Source: Squalus acanthias
Lineage: Eukaryota
Direction of reading: 5' to 3'
NCBI GenBank assembly: GCA_030390025.1
Contig: CM059431.1
Location: forward strand, 128,094,001 to 128,158,000
DNA: 64,000 bases
Part shown: piece by piece, positions 48,501 to 61,866 of the stretch
How the letters are laid out: each line of letters opens with the position of its first letter
How positions within the stretch are numbered: position 1 is the stretch's first letter
Notes under the pieces: model-generated
Databases searched by the model: none
What the model was told of the DNA's origin: nothing
The model's input: the letters and a program-made list of their open reading frames with translations, nothing else
Program-made: the position numbers and the translations under genes

Positions 48501-49712
48501 TATTTGGCTGTGCATCACCCCCTACTATAGCTCCACTCTGTATCCCATCCCCCTGCCAAGTTAGTTTAAACCCCCCCCAACAGCACTAGCAAACCTCCCC
48601 GCATGGATGTCGGTCCCGTTCCGGTTCAGGTGCAACCCGCCCGACTTATACAGGTCCCACCTTCCCCAGAAGCAGACCCAGTGATCCAGGAAACTAAAGC
48701 CCTCCCTCCTGCACCAAATCTTTAGCCACGCATTCATCTGCTCTATCCTTCTATTCTTATACTCACTAGCACGTGGCACCGGGAGTAATCCAGAGATTAC
48801 AACATTTGAGGTTCTGCTTTTTAATCTGCTACCTAGCTCCCTAAATTCTTGTTGCAGGACCTCATCCCTCTTTCTACCTATGTCGTTGGTACCAATGTGA
48901 ACCACGATCTCTGACTGTTCGCCCTCCCCTTTCCGAATGCCCTGCAGCCGTTCAGTGACATCCTTGACCCTGGCACCAGGGAGGCAACATACCATCCTGG
49001 AGTCACGTCTGCGGCCACAGAAACGTCTATCTGTTCCCCTTACAATAGAATCCCCGATCACTATTGCTCTTCCACTCCTTTTCCTCCCCTCCTGTGCAGC
49101 TGAGCCACTCGTAGTGTCACAGACTTGGCTCTTGCTGCATTCCCCTGAGAAACCATCTCCCCCAGCAGTATCAAAAACAGAACATCTGTTGGAGAGGGAG
49201 ATGGACCCAGGGGACTCCTGCACTACCTTCCTAGTTCTTTTACTCTGGCGGTCACCCATTTCCTGTCTGCCTGTGTACTCTTTACCTGCGGTGTGACCAC
49301 CTCGTTAAACGTGCTATCCACGAAGATCTCAGCTTCGCCAATGCTCCACAGTGACTCCAGCCACAGCTCCAGCTCCGAAACGCAGATTTTGAGTAGCTGC
49401 AGCTGGAGACACTTCCTGCACATGTGTTCGCCCTGGACACCGAAAGTGTCCCTGACTTCCCACATAGCACAGGAGGAGCACTCCATGCTGCCGAGCTGCC
49501 CTGCCATGTCCTACCCTTAATTTACTCCCTTTACTTCCTTTAAATTAAAGAATATTAAATACAGTAGGGACCTTACTTCCCTTCAACGACTGGACTGTAG
49601 AAATACTCACCAGGCCCTACCTACCAATCAGCTCCTTCCCTGGTTGTGATGTCACTTTAGCGGTTTCACAGTTGTTGTTGTTTGAATGCTCCCGCTTCTG
49701 GACTCTTTCCCA
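45562..49712 (-). mobile_element. Near full-length CR1 LINE
   Basis: 5' UTR with GTGACATCAC box; ORF1, APE endonuclease (47158-48501), RT (45920-46867); GAGTTATA tail; a few stops and frameshifts. Confidence 0.95.
48561..49507 (-). pseudogene. CR1 ORF1: zinc finger/leucine zipper + SGNH esterase, one frameshift
   Basis: CSSC..CRKC; IGDSIVRG, HIGTND, GLH. Confidence 0.88.
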
Positions 49713-49819
49713 ACACTTTGGACCTAAGAAAGATTGATCAGAGTATTTTTTAAATAGTGAAAAGTTAGGAACTGTGGAGGAGCAGAGCAATTTAGGGGTC
49801 CAAGACCAGTAATCACTAA

Positions 49820-52800
49820 GGCCGCGATTTTATTTAACGAGGTGGTTTGGAGTCAGGTTGCGTGGTGGGCGGGTTCCGGACCTGCTGCTGGCGGGACCAG
49901 CTGTGGTTTTCCGATTTTAATTAAATGACCTTGTTAATTTCATTGGGGCCGCTGGCCGGTCCAATGAGTGTGATCGGGTCGGCTGGCCGCCTCTCGTAAC
50001 GTCATAATTACAGATGCTTTTAATGGTCCCATTCAGCCTCAGCCTTTGTGTTCTGGATTCTGATGGTTTGTGCATTTGTGAGAACTACAATGAGTGCTTC
50101 CAGAGGCAAGGCAGCTCCACGTTTCAATGATGACTCCCTCCATGCTCTTGTTGAGGCTTTAAGAGGGCGCAGTGAGATTCTCTTCCCTCCGGACGGCCGG
50201 TAGCCTCCTCAGCAGATCAAGGCCGCCTGGCTGCGCATTGCTGAGGGGGTCAGTGCAAGGTCCGTGTGTTGACGCACATGGATCCAGTGCCGGAAACGGT
50301 TTAATGATCTTCTGCAATCATCAAAAGTGAGTATCACATCACACATACCTTCAATCTGCTTCCCTTCCCTTCTCATCACCAGCACTCTGCATTGTAAGCC
50401 TGCTCCTCCACATACCACCTTATCCTTACTCCCATTGCACCCTTACCTATCCATCTCTCTCTCTGTACTGAATCACTTCAGCATCCTGCCTATGCACCCC
50501 TTAGACTCACTCTCACTGTTATGCATTGACAACAACTAACAACGCACAGGGAGCTAGCTTCCTCTTGGCACCTCACTCCATCTTTGTCTCCCTCAAACCT
50601 TCTATGTTAGGGATTCGTCACACTCACTCCATCACTATGATTGAAACTCCGCTTGTGTCCCTCCCTGCAGGAAAAGATAGTCCACAATAAGAGATAGGGA
50701 GCACAGACTGGAGAAGGCACACCAACCCTTGCAATGTTGACAAGTGCTGAGAATGCTGTGCACAAAATTGTCGGAGGGGGCGAGGATCTGGAAGTGGGCG
50801 ATGGAGAGATGGGTGCACTAGACGAAGCTGGTGACAGAATAGAGTTTCATCCCTCTCATTGACATTTAGTGACTGACTGCAATGGCATATGATGTTCATA
50901 GAGAATCGCATTGTATCTTCTGCACAAAAGGATGTGTCTGCTACATCAATATCAGATGACTAACTCATGGCTTTACTCTCCCACAGGACCATCGAGCGCC
51001 CCCCTCCCCACTGTCCAGGATGATCAGCCAGACGACTCCTCAGAGGAACCTGAAGCCTCTGAGGGAGCAGCGTCACCAGGACTCAGCGCAGAAACGCCCA
51101 CCTCGGCGGCGCCCTCGCGACTTAAAGTAGTCTTGCCATCTGGTCTATCACAGCGCACAAGGGAGCATCAGCAGATTGTGGAGACAGTCGGAGGTCGCAG
51201 GACTCTCCTAGCTCTGCTGAGCTGCATGCAGACGCTGTGCCTCTGGGGCCATCCAGAAAGAGAGCGGTTCAGGAACTACAGGAACAAGTGCAGGAGACTC
51301 TGGAGGGGGTTGCCTCCAGGGTAAGTGCGAGTGTGGAGAGAATGGAGGAATCCATCTCAAACATCTGCACTGCCTTGGTGGAGGCAATGGCGCATGAATG
51401 CACCTCCATAGATAGGATGGCAACCTCCATGGAGGACATAAGTTGCCAGAGTCACGAAAACATGGTGAGTGTTCAAAATAGAATGTCATCCCTGGAGAAA
51501 CGATGGGCAACTATTGAGCAGAGAGACCAGAGCTTCATGGACGTCCTTGTTATGAGGACTGCCAGTGCAGATACGGGTCCTCATGGCCCCCCTAATGTGC
51601 AGCAAGGTGCTCTCCAGTCACTTGCCAGCACTAAGGTGCGGCTGACCCATGAGAGGGATGCTGGTGGCAGGCTACAAGGAAGTGTGGGCTCCTCTCCAGG
51701 CGCTCACATGGCCATGCCACTGTGAAGCCCTCAGTCAGAGACCCACTTTGCAGAGCCAACTGAGAAGGCTGTTTCAGCCCCTGCACAGCTGCAGGTAGAG
51801 CAGACTGTTGCAGAGCCCTCCCAGGCTCCCAAAGCTAGAGGACGCCCGCCAAAGGCGTCTAAGCAGGCGCAGCATCCTAGTCAGCAAGGTGCCTCTACAT
51901 CTGCTGAAGCCCCTGGGGAAGCACCACGTAGAAGCATGCGTAAGAGGAAGATAAAGCACATATAGTCACAAGGGGACTCACGTGGGTGTTTAGTCATTAT
52001 TTTCCTTCTTTTACTTGCATTGTGATCCTTCTGTCACTGTCGTAAAGAAAAGTGATGGCAAACAGTTGAATGTGTGGCCTGTATACTCTGGGAAATGGCA
52101 AATGCACATTGAGGGCTCAGGGTGACTTGCATTTGTAATGCTGACGGTGAAAGTGATAGAAAGAATCGGTTATAGCACAGATGATGTATGACGTTGGAGG
52201 AAGGTCGCCTACAATTAGAGAGCCATATGATAGCCACCTATGGTTGAAGAGTAAGCTTATGCGAATGTGGCATGGCAGTGTGCATCCCCTGCTTGGAGGG
52301 ATGCCGCATTGGTCATAACAGGGCCCACAAGTCACGCCTCCTCCTCCTCCTCCTCCTCTTCATCCTCCTCTTCTTCTTCCTCATCCTCCTCCTCTTCTTC
52401 CGAGGAAGATCTGCACTGAGCCACGTGGTTGCTGCTCCTCCAATTACGAGGATCAGGATGAGAGGACATAAATGGATCCCATCCCGTTGCTATAGATTTA
52501 ATTTGAGGGAAGAAGCTTGCAAGCGCACAGTCGAATTGGCCTGAAATTATTCCAATCAGGTCACACTGCAGATGGGTGTCAGCTTGAACAGTCACAAGGT
52601 CAGTAGATGTGCAAAATCTTATACCAAACCTCCAACAATAAAGTTGTTGCATTTGAATGTCAGCCATGTTTCAGGAGTGCTTTTAAAGTGCTCCACCAAT
52701 GACTACAAATCATGTCCTCGAGTAACTCATCTCCTTGCAGCTGGCCTGTTTCTGTCAAGATGGGAAAAGGAGCCAAAAGCACAAAAATGGGAAACCACCA

Positions 52801-53020
52801 TCAAAATAGGATTAACAAGGCAGTTAACAGGCTGTTAACTGCCTTAACTGCCTATCCCACCGGTTCGAGTCAGGTCAGTTTGAGAGTGGCTGACCCGACT
52901 CTCACGAAAATTGCATGGGGGTGAGATGGAGGCGGGTTGGCAGTCTGAAGCCATTTTTTCCGATTTTCGCTGCCGACCCGCCTCCAAACCCGCCTCCTCA
53001 GGGCTAGTAAAATCGAGCCC
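49820..53020. mobile_element. Harbinger with decayed Myb gene and transposase core deleted
   Basis: TIRs GGCCGCGATTTTA / TAAAATCGAGCCC; flanks TAA/TAC; Myb on + ~50090-51965; transposase N- and C-termini fused near 52425. Confidence 0.85.
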
Positions 53021-53058
53021 TACAAGTCAGTGGACAGGTAAAAAAATAATTAAGAAGG

Positions 53059-54419
53059 TGTAAGTCTTTCTCTTACTACTGTTCAGACCTCAAGAATTAT
53101 TAATTAGCTTAACAATGATAGACAAGGATGTGATCAATAAAATTGGTCTTTATTCACACTATAGTTCAAATTTCGAGTGTGCATAGAAGCACCTTTGGCA
53201 ATAAATTCAAAGAGCTCTCGGCAATAGATATGCCTGCAACTTATTAATTCAAACATACATAAAAGTACCCTCTTAATAATTCAAACGTACATAAAAGTAC
53301 CCCTATAACAACATCTAAGCTTATGTCTGACTTTCATACATACTCCTTTATCTCTGGGTGATCGATCCAGGGAAATTGTAAGTCGAAACATAGACTGGCC
53401 AGCTTTCTCAGCTCATTCTTCCTCCTGCTCTGTCTTCTGGGCTTCTTCTGAATCCCTCTTGGTTCCTTTGGTATTCCTTCTGAATCTTGAACCTCCCGCC
53501 CCTGGGTTATAGAAACATAGAAAAAAAAATAGGAGCAGGAGTAGGCCACTCGGCCCTTCAAGCCTGCTCCTCCATTCAATATGATCATGGCTGATCTTCC
53601 ATCTCAATACCATATTCCCACTCTCTCCCCATACTCCCTGAGGCCTTTTGTGTCTAGAAATCTATCTATCTCCTTCTTAAATATATTCAGTGACTTGGCC
53701 TCCACAGCCTTCTGTGGTAGAGAATTCCACAGGTTCACCACCCTGTGAGTGAAGAAATTTCTCCTCATCTCAGTCCTAAATGTCCTACCCCGTATCCTGA
53801 GACTGTGACCCCTCGTTCTAGACACCCCAGCCAGGGGAAACATCCTCCCTGTATCCAGTCTGTCTAGCCCTGTCAAAATTTTACACGTGTCAATGAGATC
53901 CACTCTCATTCTTCTAAACTCTAGTGAATACAAACCTAGTCGACCCAATCTCTCCTCATACGACAGTCCTGCCAGCCCAGGATCAGTCTGGTGAGCCTTC
54001 GCTGCACTCCCTCTATGGCAAGTATATCCTTTCTTAATTCTGTTGTAAGGCCTTTTCTGCCGGCCTCCGTCGTAAATTACTCTCTGCCTCTCTCTGATAG
54101 GTCAGTTTCACTCCAAATCTTCCCTGATTGGAGTTCCTTCCGCATGACACGTTCCTGTTCCTGTGAGATGTATGGGGGAGGGACTTCCTTGTCAATCATG
54201 TTCTTCCTTCCTGTCCATGTGGCCTCTCAAACAAAGGACACATACTGACCACCAGGCAAAAGACCCCCTGCTGACTTCTGCCATTTTGTCTCTTCACAAA
54301 CAAAGAACACATGCTGATTTCCTACATTTTGAATCTGTCCATTATCATCTCACAATTCGTTCGCAATTTCGATCTCCACACGGTCGGAGCGGTTTTATTA
54401 TAATTTTCAGAATCTTACA
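53059..54419 (-). mobile_element. Solo LTR (~0.83 kb net) containing a CR1 insertion
   Basis: TGTAAG...CTTACA termini; perfect 5-bp TSD GAAGG; AATAAA on minus near 53150. Confidence 0.85.
53509..54035 (-). mobile_element. CR1 3' end
   Basis: ORF 53604-53948 (LGLYSLEFRRMR..RTRGHSL); ATAGAAAC tail. Confidence 0.92.
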
Positions 54420-54729
54420 GAAGGCTAATGGAATGTTCACCTTTATCTCAAGGGGGCTGGAATACAAAGTGGTGGAAGTTATGTTACAGCTGTACAGGGC
54501 TCACTTAGAGCACGGTGTTCAGTTATCGGCACCGCACCTCAGGAAGGATATATTGGCCTTGGAATGGTGCAGTGCAAGTTCACCAGAATGATACCTGGGC
54601 TAAAAGGGTTAAATTATGAAGACACCTTGCATAAACTAGGCTTGTATTTCCTTGAGTATAGAAGATTAAGGAGTGATCTAATTGAGGTGCTTAAGATGAT
54701 TAAAGGAATTGATAGGGTAAATATATATT

Positions 54730-54920
54730 GCCATTTCTTCATCGTCGCTGGGTCAAAATCCTGGAACTCCCTCTTGAAGAGGATGATGGGAGTACCTTCA
54801 CCACCCGGACTGCAGCGGTTCAAGAAGGCTGCTCAACACCACCTTCTCAAGGGCAATTAGGGATGGGCAATAAACGCTAACCTTGCCAGCAACTCCCACA
54901 TCCCAGGGACGAATAAAAAC
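54730..54920 (+). mobile_element. 3' end of a non-CR1 LINE, clade uncertain
   Basis: FFIVAGSKSWNSL..LQRFKKAAQHHLLKGN* then short UTR and A tail; tail shared with the SINE at 3421. Confidence 0.65.
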
Positions 54921-56109
54921 ACCTATTTCCTCTGGTAGGGGAGTCCAGAACAAGAGTGCATATCCTCAAAATTATAGCTTCAGGGGTGATATAAGGAAGC
55001 ATTTCTTCACACAAAGGGTTGTGGAAATCTGGAACTCTCTCCCCAAAAAGCTGGTGAGGCTAGTTCAATCAAATATTTTAAAACTGAGATTGATAGGTTT
55101 CTTTTAGGCATGTTATTAAGGGTTACAGAGCCAAGGCGAGTAGATGGAGTTAAGGTACAGATCAGCCATGATCTAATTGAATAGCGGAGCAGGCTCAAGG
55201 GGCTGAATGGCCTAATCCTCTTCCTATGGTCCTAGGCCTGACGGAGGGAGGAGTGACAGCTTTCTCTCCAGGCAAACGTGCCAGGAGATGGATTGAAGGT
55301 CTCTGCCCCCTCACCACTTACCTGATTTCTGAGGAATTTACGCTTCCATCCGCCAACCGAGTAGTATTTTCTGCTGGGTTCGGGCAGGACTCGGGGTCCG
55401 GATATGGAAATGAGGCTCGGAAGTTAAAATCTCTCCAGGCCTTGACATGCGAGCTTGTTGCTCGTCTAGGCCCTTCACACAGAAGGATCCCGTCCTGCAA
55501 TCATATCGGGGCCAATGCACCAGCAGGAGCAATTGCCAAGGTCACATCTCTCATTGTCCTTATCAAAGATGCACAAATCGGTAGTGTTGGAAAACACTGT
55601 CATATGCAGAAGGAAACTTTGTAATAAGGGGCATAATGTGCTGTCAAGGCTGAAAATGAAACCGTGATTCCAATTGTATGGTTGTCGTATTTAATTTTTG
55701 CAAGTTCTGCTTATGTTGCTGCATATACAAAAAATTATCTTTCAAAAGTAAGGTTCAAATGAAACTCAAGTTCAGTCACAAAATCAATTACTATAAAAAT
55801 TTTCAACATGAGACAGCTGTTCTTTTTCTCAATGTTATGTCACTGCATTATTGCTAACATCACAGTTTCTTGTGGCAGTTCATGAACTGTTCATACCTGG
55901 ACCAGCCTATTTGAAATAATCTGAGGAAAGCAACATTTGTTTAGCTCCAAGTGGTAACAATGGGCTTGGTAAGGAAGGACTAATGCAATGTTATTGTGTT
56001 CTACGCAGAATTAGGAGAATAGTGAAAATGCAATTATGGATAATTACCCTTAAGGGAAGGACTACAGTTTCTTTAATTTTCTTAAAATCATATCAATGTT
56101 TGTGTTGAT

Positions 56110-59100
56110 AATACTATTTGATAGTTTTCTACAACAATATGTCTTAGAGGCAACAAGGGGGCGTGCCATATTAGATTTAGTAATGAGTAATGAGCCAGAT
56201 TTACTTAACAGCCTAACTGCGTGAACATTTAAAAAATAGCGATCATAACATGATCGAGTTCAACGTAGCATTTGAAAGGGAGAAACGCGAAACAGCTACT
56301 AAGATTCTAGATTTGGGTAAGGCCAACTTCAAAGGGATGAGACAGAGACTGTCCACAGTAAACTAGGCAGATCTGTTAATGGGTAAAACGACAGAAGATC
56401 AGTGGGAGATGTTCAAAAAAGAATTTAAGGTGATACAGAACCAGTTTATACCCCTGAGAGCCATGTAAGGGTTTTTGTCTCTCAGCCTGTGAGATTCGTG
56501 TGGCTCTGTGCAGCCCGGATGCTAGTGCGGGTTTAGGCCTTGTTGCCTGTTCTGGTCTCCAGCCAGTCTGGGAGCACTAGACACACCTGTGAGTGGTTCG
56601 ACCCACTCGCCCTTACGGTTCTAGACACTGGACTTAGATGCGAGAGCAGTAATGGAGATGAAACTCAGGTAGACTCGGTTGAATGGTACGAAATGGAAAA
56701 TCTTTATTGCATATTATTTAAGATTACGAAATACATGTCATAAGCACAGATTAATGACAGTACAATCTTACACGCAGTTATGTAATTAATTTCAGGGAAA
56801 CGAGGAACAAACGACACATCGTAAATGGGGGCACACATTACAATTATCCTTAATCCTTAAAACCCTCCCCTATCAATATCTGTCCTAAGCTAGATTCGTA
56901 GGATTCGAGACTCATGCTCACCACTCGTGATAACTCGGAGAATTCCGAAAACTCTGATCGGATGTTTTTCACCGCAGCGCCCACGTGTCGATCAGGGGGT
57001 CTCCTGGCCCCACTTGTTTACTCGTTTCTGCTCCGGCTAGCAGGCTGGAACGTCTGCTGTCATGAAGATCTGTGTTGTCCTCGGAGTTCCGACTATACTC
57101 AAAAAAGAGTCTTCCTGTGCCCTCACCCTGGTTCGATAAAATTCGAAAAATAGTCTTCCTGTGTCAGTTCTGTAGAACTCAAAAGAAGTCTTCCTGGCAA
57201 GGAAAATTGTCTATTCGACCTACGGGCGCGGTCGGAGCTTACTGACCGTGGCGATAAGTATGGTCTTCTTCTCTTCTCATCTCATCTCATCTCATCTCGG
57301 GCCTTCGGTTCCAACACCGTTTACCGACTTATCGGGATGGTGCGCCCGCTTCAAGGCTTCAGAGCCCAGTTCTACACAGGTCTTCGCGACACGACACGAA
57401 GTAGATCCGAGCGGATCATAAAGTTCAACAGTCTTTTGAAAAAAAGACATGAGGCAAGCAGGAACAAGACGGCGAGTCAAGAGCAGCCACGAGGATAAAC
57501 ACCAGCAAGATAAGAGTCAACCGAATAAGAGTCAAGAGCACAGGAGCAGCCACGAGGATAAGAGAGAGATGGACAGTTTGGAGCTTGTAATTATAGTGCA
57601 AAATCTTCCGTTTCCCGCCCAACCTTAATGTCTTTCCTTTTGTTAGGGTTTGGCGCTCAAATTTCTTGTATAGGGTGATCTCCGTTTTAATGGGTTTCGG
57701 GGCTACTCGTAATTGTCTGAGTACCTGTTAATACTTTTCCCATTGTTTAATCGGTCGGTGTTCTCCCTGGAGGGGTTTTGGGGCTTCCAAGTGTTTTCTG
57801 TAACTACCCGCTAACGGCTCTCTCATCGTAGAGTCGTTGGGATTTTACATATTAATGTCTTTGGATGGGTTCTTGATTACTTGGTACAATAGCTTTTATT
57901 CGTACCTGGGAGACCGATTTCAGTATTTATGTGTATACTGTAAACCCATGATGTCTCGTGTATTATCTTAAATGTGCTGAGTCTTAATCGATCTTGCACA
58001 AATGTTTATTGGAACGCCATCTTGTCTGCCTGTCGAAAAGTCTAGAATGTTCTGTCACGAGGCGTGGCGGCCATTTTACAAGCTGCTTGTGTCCACTTTG
58101 AAAACCTGACAGCATTCTGCTGAAATAAAAGCTGTTTGAACGAAACTATGTGTTTTTCTCCTTATTAATAAAATCGCGATATATTGCGAATTCTACAGCC
58201 AAGAGCTCTACTTGCCAAAAAAAACAGCCATGGATGATTAAAGAGGTAAGGGACAGCATAAAATTAAAAGAAAGGGCATACAAAAATGCAAAAAATAGCA
58301 CAGATCCTGGTGAATGGGAAAGATACAAAGAACAACAAAGGGTCACAAAACAGATAGTAAGAGCTACAAAAAGGGAGTATGAAAAGAAACTTACAAGGGA
58401 TATCAAAATCAGCACAAATAATTTTTACAATTATATTAGGAAAAAGAGGGTAGTCAAGAGCAATGTTGGCTCCTTAAAAACTGAAAGCGGTGATATTGTC
58501 AATGATAATAAGGAAATGGCGAACATGTTGAATAATTACTTTGCCTCAGTATTTACAGTAGAGGAAGAGGATAGCATGCCAGAAATCTCAAGGAAACTAA
58601 TATTAAATCAGGGATAGGCACTCAATAAAATTAGCGTAAGTAAAATAACTGTAATGAAGAAAATAACGGCATTAAAGAGTAACAAATCCCCAGGACCAGA
58701 TGGTTTCCATCCCAGGGTTTTAAAGGAAGTAGGTGAGCACATTGCAGATGCCCTAACTATAACCTTCCAAAGTTCTCTCGATTCAGGAACCGTTCCTTTA
58801 GATTAGAAAATTGCGCACATCACTCCACTATTTAAGAATGGCGAGAGAGGGAAATCAGGGAATTATAGACCAGTTAGCCTAACATTTGTTGTCAGGAAAT
58901 TGCTCTAGAGTCCATAATTAAGGATCGAGTGACTGAAGACCTCAAATTTTCAGTTGATCAGAGAGAGCCAGCATGGATTGTAAAAGGTAGGTCATGCCTG
59001 ACAAACCTGATTGAATTTTTTCAGGAGGTGACTAAATTAGTGGACAGGGGAATGTCGATGGATGTTATTTATACAGACTTCCAGAAGGCATTTGATAAAG

Positions 59101-60033
59101 TCCCACATAAGAGACTTAACTAAGGTAGAAGCCTGTGGAATTGAGAGCAAATTATTGACCTGGTTAGGAAATTGGCTGAGCGGCAGGAGACAGAGAATAG
59201 GGCAATGGGTAGGTACTCTAATTGGCAGGATGTGACTAGTGATGTCCCACAGGGATCTGTGTTGGGGCCTCAACTATTCACAGTATTTATTAATGACTTA
59301 GATGATGGCATAGTAAGTCATACGCCCAAATTTGCTGATGACACAAAGATAGGCGGCATTTTAGGCAGTGTAGATGAAAGCATAAAATTACAAAGGGATA
59401 GCGACAGATTCAGTGAATGGGCAAAATTGTGGCAAATGGATTTCAATGTAGGCAAATGTGAGGTCATCCTCTTTGGACCTAAAAAGGATAGAACAGGGTA
59501 TTTTCTAAATGGTGAAAAGCTAAAAACAGTAGAGATCCAAAGAGACTTGGTGGGATCCAGGTACATAGATTATTAAAATGTCATGAACAGGTACAGAAAA
59601 TAATCAAGAAGACTAATGGAATGCTGGCCTTTATATCTAGAGGACTAGAATACAAGGGGGTAGAAGTTATGCTGCAACTATACAAAACCCTGGTTAGACC
59701 ACACCTGGAGTACTGTGAGCAGTTCTGGGCACCACACATTAGGAAGGATATATTGGCCTTGGAGGGAGTGCAGTGTCGGTTTACCAGAATGATAGCTGGA
59801 CTTCAAGGGTTAAGTTACGAGGAGAGATTACACAAATTAGGGTTGTATTCCCTAGAATTTAGAAGGTTCAGCGGTGATCTGATCAAAGTTTCCAAGATAT
59901 TAAGGGGAATAGAAAGGGTAGATAGAGAGAAATTATTTCCGCTGGTTGGGGATTCTAGGACTAGGGTGCATAGTCTAAAAATTAGAGCCAGACCTTTCAG
60001 GAGTGAAATTAGGAAACACTTCTACATACAATG
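56110..60033 (+). mobile_element. Old CR1 LINE split by a solo LTR and cut by a Harbinger
   Basis: SDHN, DFQKAFDKVPH, FADDTK, RPHLEYC motifs with many stops. Confidence 0.9.
56464..58197 (-). mobile_element. Long solo LTR (1734 bp)
   Basis: TGTA...TACA termini; perfect 4-bp TSD GCCA inside CR1; on minus: TATAA 57595, GTGAGC donor 56921, AATAAA 56708; no convincing ORF. Confidence 0.85.
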
Positions 60034-60526
60034 GGGGAAGAAATTCGGCATGTTAGCACCTCCCGTTAGTGCCTGATGGGGCGCTAACGGGGCACTAATG
60101 GGTTAGCGGTGGGGTGCGGTGAATCCAACGCTGCACGCGACATTCACCCGGGATTTAGCGCTGCCGATAACATTTAGCACCTACGCCTTTAGCGGCTGCC
60201 AGATGGTGATGTCAACGCGTGTGGAACGCCCCATTAATGACCCAGATGCAAAATTGACTGCTGCCCCCTACCTTAGCACCTGGCGTGAACAACGGCAGGA
60301 AGAGGAAGCTTGATGCAGTCAGATGGGCGCTGTAGGAGCGGTATTTAAAGGCATCAACATCCAGTTTGATTTTAGTCACCACTCAATCCTGCCTTCTAAG
60401 TTTGACATAGGGAAACAGCCGTATTCACTGAGGTAAATGTTTATTACTTTCAGGAGTGTTCTGGCTGCTAAAAATTTGTCAGTTTCATTGTCCTGAGATT
60501 TCGATCTCCTACACTTGGATACATTA

Positions 60527-61679
60527 ATGGGGGCTGTACTAGCGCTCGACCTCGCCCTCCAGCATCAACGTTAGAGGCAATGGAGGCAGAGACTGGAAAA
60601 TATGGCCAGAGGGAGGAGGGCCAACAGGGCTCTCAACAGGAGGCCTTACCCTCCCAGGGTATTCTGGGAGCACTTCTCCTACATGAATTTAACTGAGGAG
60701 CAGTGTCTTAGAAGGCTCTGCTTCAGCACGGATGTGGTCACAGAGCTCTGCCACCTCCTGCAGCCAGACCTCGAGCTTCATATCAGGACCACCACGGCTC
60801 TCTCAGTGGCAGTCAAGGTCACCGTCGCCCTCAATTTTTACGCCAGCGGAACCTTCTAGTCTGCAGCAGGAGGCATATCTAACATTTTGCAGTTCGCCAT
60901 CCATCGCTGCATCCTGGATGTCACAGAGGCTCTCCACAGTAGGAGAAGGGACTACATTTCCTTCCCCATGACCAGAGAGAAGCAGAACGAGCGTGCATGT
61001 GGCTTTGCCAGGATAGCGGGCTTCCCCATGGTGCAGGGCGCCATTGACTGCACCCACGTGGCTTTGCGGGCACCCCATAACAATGCTGAGGTATTCCGTA
61101 ACCGCAAAGGCTACCACTCACTTAATGTGCAGTTGGTGTACAACCACAGATTACGAATCCTCACCGTCAATACCTGCTATCCTGGCAGCAGCCACGATGC
61201 CTTCATCCTGCGCCAGACCGGTGTGCCAGCACTCTTCCAGCCACCACATCAGCTCACGGCTGGCTGGTCGGAGACAAGGGCTATCCGCTCTCCAACTGGC
61301 TCATGACTCCCCTCCCCAACCCCAACACTGCTGCTCAGCACTCATATAATGAGAGCCATCCCGTCACCAGAAGCATTTTTGAGCAAACCATCGGGGTGCT
61401 CAAGCAATGGTTCCACTGCCTTGACCACTCGGGAGGAGCCCTCCATTACTCGGCTGAGCGGGTGTCCCTTTTCGTCATGGTGTGTTGCATGCTGCACAAC
61501 TTGGCCATCATGAGGGCCCAGTATTGCCACCAGGCATAGCGGCTCCACCTCAGGAGGATGAAGAGGGAGAGGAGGAGGAGGACGAGGAGGAGGAACAGCA
61601 GCGAGGGAGGAGGCAGCCACTCAATCGGCCTTCTGGAAGGGCGTTCCATGACCGCCTCATCAGACTGCGGTTCCAATAA
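60527..61679 (+). pseudogene. Harbinger DDE transposase with stops and frameshifts
   Basis: [27 protein letters not shown]. Confidence 0.9.
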
Positions 61680-61866
61680 ATTCAACCCCACATCCCGGTT
61701 GCTGACCACATCCCCATCATTCCATCCATTTCGCTTGCCATATCACAGCACAAAGCTGAAATGAGAGACACCACAAAATCAACAACATTCCATTAATAAA
61801 TTTATCAACATTCAATAAGCACAATTATACAACAACAGTATTAACTAATCACCCTTGTGCAAACCC

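Larger units (their letters stand above)
39970..55230 (+). mobile_element. One old CR1 copy broken into pieces (~39970-41350, ~49715-49819, 53021-53058, 54420-55230)
   Basis: CR1 sequence is collinear across each junction (KCE|HFGPKK; AAGAAGG|CTAATGGAATG). Confidence 0.8.

Noticed and set aside
55480..55650. Possible minus-strand host exon after TTTTCAG
   Set aside because: Open frame but no recognisable product or clear donor; runs into MITE-like sequence.
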